The position numbers and the translations under genes were made by a program. From the NCBI RefSeq assembly GCF_009914755.1, contig NC_060931.1: a DNA stretch of 64,000 bases, one strand, 5' to 3'. The stretch's first letter is position 1. Every line of letters begins with the position of its first letter. A model generated the notes under the pieces. That model searched no databases and was not told the DNA's origin. It saw nothing but the letters and a program-made list of their open reading frames with translations. This DNA comes from the human T2T-CHM13v2.0 reference genome, Homo sapiens. Below, piece by piece: positions 58,971 to 64,000 of this stretch.

Positions 58971-60605
58971 AGCTCCTAGAGAGTGAAAGGAGCTTCTGGG
59001 AATCACATCCAGTCCTCTCCAGGCACAGCGTTGATCACCACGAGCCAGCATTCTACTTTATGGACAGTAAACAGGTCTTTATCCCCCTCCTTTATTTCCT
59101 TTATGTTGCTTCAGTTATTGTTGGTACCTCAAAATCAAGTGGGTCAAGGGAAGGAGAGTAAAAACTGAAATCTGCTCCATTCTACATGCTCTTAAAGGCT
59201 GGGAGGAAGAAGCTAAAACAGATGCCAGGAATAAAGGTTTAAACTAAACCGTGGACTCCTTAGCCAGAACATGTATTCTTCACTGGCCGGTGCAGGCCTC
59301 GGAACACCCGCACCACAGTCCCCTATTCTGGGGGTGGTTTGGACCGTGGGTGTCATCAGCACAAATGGCCTACGTGTCCTAAGGTGACTTCCTAGACTAG
59401 ATGCAGCCTGCCCACGGAGTAAATCCCTCAGGGCACTGATGGAAAACAAAAACCTAATGGAGACCATAAGCTGTAGGAAAAGTACCATCAAGGGCACAGA
59501 GAAAGAAATACAAATATAGTTTTCATTTAGAAAATTTACCCAGTTTATAAGAACTGTAAGAATAAGAAATTACTAAATGAGAGGAAGTACTAAATATAGG
59601 ACTAAAAGATTTAGGAGGCCGGGGAAGAAAAGAAGGGAAGTATCAAAAAACACAAATCATAATGGAAAGGACCCCGAACAGGCCACTGTACAGTGAGAGA
59701 CCAGAGGGAGGTGACTTGTCCCCACTGACAAATGGAGCAGAGCTGGATCAAGAGCCCAGGACTCTGCACTCAGGAGGATGCACTGTGCACTCCGTTGTCA
59801 CTGCTTCTCTGGAGGGAGGCTGGAGAGACTGAGAAAAGTGTAAACACACAGAGGAGGTTAGAGGAGGGAATGAAGATGGCAGAGAAGAGAGGAGGAAGCA
59901 GAGACTGGGAAAACTTGGGAGAGGAAGACGGGAGGAGAGCAGTGAGATAACAATGAGTATCAACGCATTCATTCACAACATTAGCCTTTCAAGAGGATTA
60001 ATTCTAAACAGACTATTTTCCTAACTCACTTGGTTTGAATCACAGCAAGTTACTGCTGCCCTTTCAATTGTTCAACTGCTAATTCTTTAAAAAAATTATT
60101 TCACGAATACGTTGTAACATTATTAACCAGTCAGCATGTTGTACAACAGATCTCTTGAACTATTCCTCCTAATCTAACTGAGATTTTGTTGCTTTAATTC
60201 TTAAATCTCAAAAGGGTCATCTCCTACAGCTCACTGCAATGTGGGTTTCTGGCAAAAGCAATTATACCTGCAGGCTGGAAGACAGCAAGTGAAGAACCAC
60301 ACATTCTCCATTTCTCAGCCCGAGAAGTCGAGGACATGTGACTACCTGGTCAGTTCTAAGCTAAAAACTGTTGTAGGGAGTCTTGTGGGTTGACCAACTG
60401 GCCACAGGCATCTGGCTTTTAGCAGTCTACATTTGCTACTAATCATGATTAGTCAATACTTTTCTAAACTAGTGCATGTTGGCAAGTTTACTGTAATGTT
60501 ATTGACTTCTCAAAGAGGACTTCGTGCTGATTCAACCCAGCTGTGTTCTATAAGTTCCTCAAACATTTGTTTAGTGTGATATCCTCTGATCAGCTTTCAA
60601 GACAC

Positions 60606-60611
60606 TTTATT
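60606..60611 (-). terminator. Candidate distal poly(A) signal AATAAA
   Basis: Canonical hexamer ~1.8 kb beyond the proximal site, at the end of a repeat-poor, U-rich (minus-strand) stretch. Confidence 0.3.
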
Positions 60612-62401
60612 CTTCTTGGCTTCATGAGCTAAGCTACTGTGGCTGAAGGTGCATTCTACTTAAGTGAGAAACTGATTGGAATGTACCACTCCACAGCCTC
60701 ATATAAATCACAACACTCTTCCCAAGCAGTGGTCTGGAAAGCTACTGTGACCTGGCAGAGCTGTGATGCCATCAGCAGGGAGCTCTCCAAGGACGGAGAG
60801 AAAGGCATCATTTCATCCTTTTACTTCCCCAAAGCGCTGGCTTTTGTCTTGCACCTACCATGCTTATCAGAATGATAAATTAATAAGCAATGCTGGGAGG
60901 AGCGGCCTGTTGAACCAACCCCCCTTCCCCTGGATTTCGCCCACTTTAGACGCCTGACTCTACAGCGCTGCATTTGCCTGCCAGAGGCAAGACTGGCAGC
61001 CTGGGATGTGCCAAGTGCTTGGCTCTCAATTGCAAAACAAAACAGTATAGGAGGGAATTTGTGAGTTAGCTGATTTGCAAACACTAGAGCAAGTCGCCAT
61101 GTAAACATTTGTTTTTGTGTCTCTCAGGTTTTTCCATTTCTCTCAGGCAGCTACCTGGATGCCACCCTGACAGCATCAAAATGTGCTGCTCCTCAAGTTA
61201 CCAGTGAATCCTTATTCACACTGAAATAAACTCAGCTTCTTTCAGACCATTAAAAAAGAAACCTGAAAGCCCCCCACAAAACAAAACAAAACAAAAAAAC
61301 CCAAACAAAAAAAACTTCATGAAGCAGTCATCACAGAGGATATCAGTAATTATGGCAGGAGAGCCTCTAGTGTTGCTCAGAATCAACGTTAGGCCAGCAG
61401 GTGTGTCCCCAAGTGTCTATGAACATGTCACTCGGAGGGAGCCATCGCCTGGGGAACCTGAATGAATAAGCAGCTGCAGTTACACTCACATGCGTTGGCT
61501 GAGACTGTTCCATCACAAGTACATCCAACTTTAAATAAAAGGTACTTGGGCATGTGAATACGTTCTATGCCCCCAACGCCAAATGCCAGTTTACTGAATC
61601 ATCACACAAGCCAGCATTTACTGGGTCTGACCAAACGTATGCGGTGAGTCAGCATTTGGACTCTTCACTGTAAGCCTAAAAATTAGTTCTTCCATTTGCC
61701 CCCTTTTTGCAGTTGAAGAAGTATTGGTTGACTTGGTTGAATTCCACAGCAGAGCCAGAATTTGTACACAGATTAAGAATACAGAACCTGTATTTTGCTA
61801 AATTCACTTGCTTCGTAATAAAATAAAAATCCTACATGACAAAAGACACTTAAAGGATATCACAGAGCACTGGTACTCCTATGTCTGAAAAGAACCTTCT
61901 CATTTAGCTTCAGTGTGACTACTTATTTCCAACTCACTCAACTCCAGGGTTGAAGCACCAATCATGGTTAAAAAAAAAAAAAAAAAAAAGGGAGAGTTAT
62001 AATCAGGAAGTTTTGAAAAATTGGAAAGAGGAAAAAAAAACCTAATGGTTGAATTATTTTCTTTAAACGTTTTTTAGTATTGCAGGGTCAGAAGGTCCTA
62101 ACCAAGGTTATCTAATCTAGTTCTTGCCCCAGGCAGGATGACTTAAGTCATCCCAAAGAAAGGAAAGTTCACACAATTTGTAAAGATCTTCCCGAATTCT
62201 ACCTACCTGATAGGCAAGTTATAAGCATCACTTGCCTGTCGGAGGCTCCACGAAATGCTCTGGAGCCTTTGAGAGGAAAGGTACAGCACAAATGCAAATT
62301 ATTAACAATATAAATCAGCTCAATTCCCGTAAGCATAGACATCTAACCCAGCCAAAGGAATGTGTGAGGAGCTACAATGCCAGTCTTTGTCAGAAAATAT
62401 A

Positions 62402-62407
62402 TTTATT
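62402..62407 (-). terminator. Polyadenylation signal AATAAA (proximal, CHCHD3)
   Basis: + strand tttatt; minus-strand context caatAATAAAtatattttctgacaaa. Confidence 0.75.
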
Positions 62408-62657
62408 ATTGATAGTGAGTGAAGTAAAGATGTGAGTATTCACTATAGAGGTTTTATCAGCCAAGGTTGCCTTCATATTGATAAAAATACCTTATCTCAC
62501 TTGTAATCATAAACATTATTCCAGTAGAAGAGGTACATTTTCTCTCCTTTTTGTCTTCTTGCCTGTATAATCACCATAATAAGTTATAATGAAATAGCTC
62601 TTACATAATCAAAGGAGAAAAGAAAGACAAAACCAACATGCCACAGCCTAGACAATT

Positions 62658-62744
62658 CCATCCAGCACTGCTGCCTCCAGATCTGTTTTCTGGCTCTCTC
62701 CACCCAGCACTGCTGCCCTCGGATCTATGTTTTCTGGCTCTCTC
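62658..62744. repeat. 42-44-bp tandem duplication in the CHCHD3 3' UTR
   Basis: ccaYccagcactgctgcc...gatct(at)gttttctggctctctc x2. Confidence 0.9.
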
Positions 62745-63152
62745 CTCGCCCCACTCCAATTAATTTAGCCCCCAACCCCATCCTACTTTGTTAGGGTGGA
62801 GGTTCACCAAATGATGGGGCTTGTTCAGAAGAGAAACATTTTATGGTCAGTGCAAGTTGAATAGAAAGTACCAAAAGGTGGAGAGGGCTGCCCTTCTCTT
62901 TTAATCATCATAAGAGGGTTTACTAATACTCAAGAGTGTCCTTTAATGACTGATCCCTGATCAAGGCTTTGGCCCTTCAAACTGCTGCTGTTCAAAACGT
63001 GAAATGATTCTGCTGAATCCATTCTTGATGTCTCTCTTTAGTGGTCTTCTCATTAGTGGTCTTCTCTTCAAATGGGTTGTTTTCTCACTAGGAAAAAAAA
63101 TGTTCCATCTCTGGAATTAACGTTGATGGTGTTTTGCTCATTCTGAAAGTTT

Positions 63153-63176
63153 TTATCCTCCCTTCTCAAGCATGCT
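63153..63176 (-). CDS. CHCHD3: Last coding exon segment of CHCHD3 (MIC19, MICOS subunit): SMLEKGG*
   Basis: Minus strand reads ttactctttctgtttttcttgcag|AGC ATG CTT GAG AAG GGA GGA TAA: a strong polypyrimidine tract and AG acceptor, phase 0. The peptide matches my recollection of the human MIC19 C-terminus (...HAKQSMLEKGG). Upstream exons lie outside the window. Confidence 0.88.
   Translation of the reverse strand, partial: SMLEKGG

Positions 63177-64000
<824 letters not shown>

Larger units (their letters stand above)
62386..63152 (-). other. CHCHD3: 3' UTR of CHCHD3 (to proximal poly(A) site; 3' end approximate)
   Basis: Sequence free of interspersed repeats between the stop codon and AATAAA at 62407-62402. 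Cleavage is inferred ~15-20 nt downstream of the hexamer. Confidence 0.75.

Noticed and set aside
60438-60453. 16-bp palindrome ACTAATCATGATTAGT
   Set aside because: About one is expected by chance in 64 kb.
63068-63176. Alternative reading frames of the terminal exon (xHA* or ACLRREDK...QPI*)
   Set aside because: Only the phase-0 frame gives SMLEKGG*, matching the recalled CHCHD3 C-terminus.

Overview
Human (primate) genomic DNA, almost entirely intergenic and rich in interspersed repeats (Alu, L1, L2, MIR, CR1/L3, MaLR/ERV LTRs, MER DNA transposons). The only protein-coding sequence I can support is at the right end. There a minus-strand terminal exon (acceptor at 63177/63176) encodes SMLEKGG-stop, which I recognise from memory as the C-terminus of CHCHD3/MIC19 (MICOS complex, 7q32-33). 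It is followed by a ~0.77-kb 3' UTR and an AATAAA at 62402-62407. The supplied ORFs are repeat-derived or chance. I found no demonstrable new biological system. The most unusual structures are: (1) an Alu whose left arm is amplified into a 5 x 135-bp in-frame tandem array (49.9-50.6 kb); (2) a 115-bp templated inverted insertion copied from 1.7 kb away with junction microhomology (24.0/25.8 kb); (3) several fold-back hairpins inside old repeats; (4) a solo LTR1 with an intact TATA box, a disrupted poly(A) signal and a strong splice donor; (5) an RFX X-box candidate promoter; (6) several local tandem duplications. Repeat subfamily names come from remembered consensus sequences, and boundaries of old repeats are approximate.
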